Source: Neophaeotheca triangularis (lineage: Eukaryota). Taken from it: a DNA stretch of 36,799 nt. Of this stretch, positions 35,001 through 36,799 are shown in pieces. The position numbers were made by a program, and so were the translations under genes. Numbering within the stretch: the first letter of the stretch is position 1; every line of letters starts with the position of its first letter. The stretch spans positions 124,001-160,799 of the forward strand of contig BAAIJX010000054.1 in NCBI GenBank assembly GCA_054600435.1, written 5' to 3'. Below the pieces are notes generated by a model, which was given only the letters and a program-made list of their open reading frames with translations, made no database searches and had not been told where the DNA came from.

Positions 35001-36669
35001 GTCGCGGAAGTGAAGCTCGGTGTTATGTTGGGAGTGGAGGTAGGAAGCTGAGAGGTCGCTTCGCGCCAAAATTTGAGGTCTAAGACAGCAGCGGCACTTC
35101 TCATAACAACTTGGGCACACGCGCTAGCGCACAAACAGAGCCAGTGACCTTTGGTCACAGAATAATGCCTTCAGGAAAGACCGTATGCGGGTTTGAACGT
35201 CTGATAGCCGGTGCTTGCTTAAAAAACTACATGGAGCTGCCGAAGGTCCATCTAGCAGGTGCGACGACGCGCCCGAAGATAACGAGCGAGAGACGCGTTC
35301 AGGGAGCGATTCGGTAGTAGTGTAGAAGTCGGACACTACAGGTTATGGGATGACTACTAGAAGGACAATGAGTGTCTGGACAGAGGCTACATGAAGGCTC
35401 CGGATAACCCACTTGACGCGACTCTTGAAGTCTTCCCGTCCCTACAATCGTTGCTAGCACAAGCGCCAGGAGGGGAGTGATTGTATGGAATCGAAGAGCA
35501 AAATTGGACAGCTCGAGAGGAGAGTCGTTGTTGGGATGGTGCAAGGAGGCGCAACGCAACGCAACGCCAAATACTGTACCGCTACGAGTGTGAAGCCAGA
35601 CCTCACTCAACTTACTACTACCGCGGCCCAACTTCGGGACTCGAGATGGCGCTTTCGCTCCATGTCCGCCCGCCATCTCGTACATAATCTGTAAGGAGGC
35701 ACCGGAGGCGTGGACCAAGTTACAATCGCAAGAAATGGTGATAATATTGCTCGGCCTGAGCATAATGAACACGACTGCTTTGGATCACGTGAACTGTCAG
35801 CGAGCCTGTTCCATCCAAAAAGCCAGTGGTAGACCTCCCGATCATCGTGCATACAGTCTTCCCGTGTTCTCTGGTTCACGCTGGATCGCCAGCCGTTGTT
35901 GCGTATCTGTCCGTACATCTCAACGCAAACGCTACCCATCAGTGGATCCTTGTACCACAGACTTGGTCGTATTCCGAGTTCGCTCGCCCGTGGTCGTCTC
36001 CCTGATCGATGCAACCCGTGGGCGACAGGTCGGCCTAGGCTGATGAAGAAGGGACATCACCGTGGAAGTGATTAACGTCAAGGACGAGAAACTTTGTAAC
36101 TCTGGCGCAAGGGAGAGCTATTACGCCGGCAAGCCTCGCAAGCTTTGAGGTACGGTAGGTACGGTATCGACATGCGCTTTCCCCGCCGGCGACGACAGAT
36201 ACTTTTTGACCTGTAACTTGCTAACAGGCCGCGAAGCACTAGGGGCTGAGTCTAATCGTGTTTTGAAGACTGAGGACTCAAGGAGCTGCAGTTGCCTGCG
36301 AGCTATCGAAATCCACTCAGAGGTTGACTTTTGTGATGAGGCACGCGGCTCATGATGCAAGGCGGCGCGCTCAGAGTGTAGTAGAAGAATGAGAGCGGCA
36401 GGGCAGCTTCCAAGCGCCGTTGATTGACGACGGGAGCGTGCTACTTCTGGCTTATTCTGTGCGCGCGAAGCGAGGCAATCGGTAGGTAGAGAGACTGGTT
36501 GACATGGATGATAAAACATGTCGCTATGTGCTAGTGTGTATGTAGTAGATGCCGAGTGGGTCTGCTGTACTCATGAATACTAGTATGTGCTCCTGGATAT
36601 AAGTAAAATGCTAGTGGCTGGGCTGGCGATGCAATCGGTCGGGTAATCACTCCCAAACGTGTTTGATTT

Positions 36670-36693
36670 GGGGGGGGGGGGGGGGGGGGGGGG

Positions 36694-36779
<86 letters not shown>

Positions 36780-36799
36780 AAAAAAACCAAAAAAAAAAA
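36670..36799. repeat. Terminal homopolymer tract (G24, T15, then about 90 nt of nearly pure A); probable read or contig-end artefact
   Basis: Abrupt G/T/A runs at the end of the window; no TTAGGG telomere units. Confidence 0.7.

Noticed and set aside
35100..36660. Several short ORFs and intron-like signals upstream of set2
   Set aside because: No coherent spliced frame or recognisable family could be assembled; a degenerate gene or lncRNA cannot be excluded without BLASTX or RNA-seq.
36670..36799. G/T/A homopolymer tail read as a telomere or retroelement poly-A tail
   Set aside because: No telomeric repeat units and no adjacent reverse-transcriptase or transposon sequence; typical of a low-quality contig end.

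Overview
Eukaryotic, intron-containing DNA from a filamentous ascomycete; the gene set and splice signals suggest Pezizomycotina, probably Dothideomycetes (inference). Twelve protein-coding genes can be modelled, in order: mid1 (-), a secreted laccase with an N-terminal CBM20 starch-binding domain (+), a DUF2985-like membrane protein (+), GAPDH (+), an S10 serine carboxypeptidase (-), an intronless peroxisomal acyl-CoA dehydrogenase (-), a fungal transcription factor with only half a Zn2Cys6 cluster (-), the JmjC H3K36/H3K9 demethylase KdmA/Rph1 (-), a coiled-coil/RGG RNA-binding protein (-), ESS2/DGCR14 (+), RNase P/MRP subunit Pop8 (+) and the H3K36 methyltransferase Set2 (-). Two tandem intron-containing tRNA-Arg(ACG) genes lie just before pop8. 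The window ends in a homopolymer tail that is probably an artefact. The most notable observations are: (1) the CBM20-laccase fusion; (2) a cryptic peroxisomal signal (-SKARL) in frame directly behind the GAPDH stop codon; (3) an H3K36 writer and eraser about 7 kb apart; (4) a bacterial-looking acyl-CoA dehydrogenase ending in AKL beside a truncated zinc-cluster regulator. Family assignments come from motif recognition by eye; no database searches were run.
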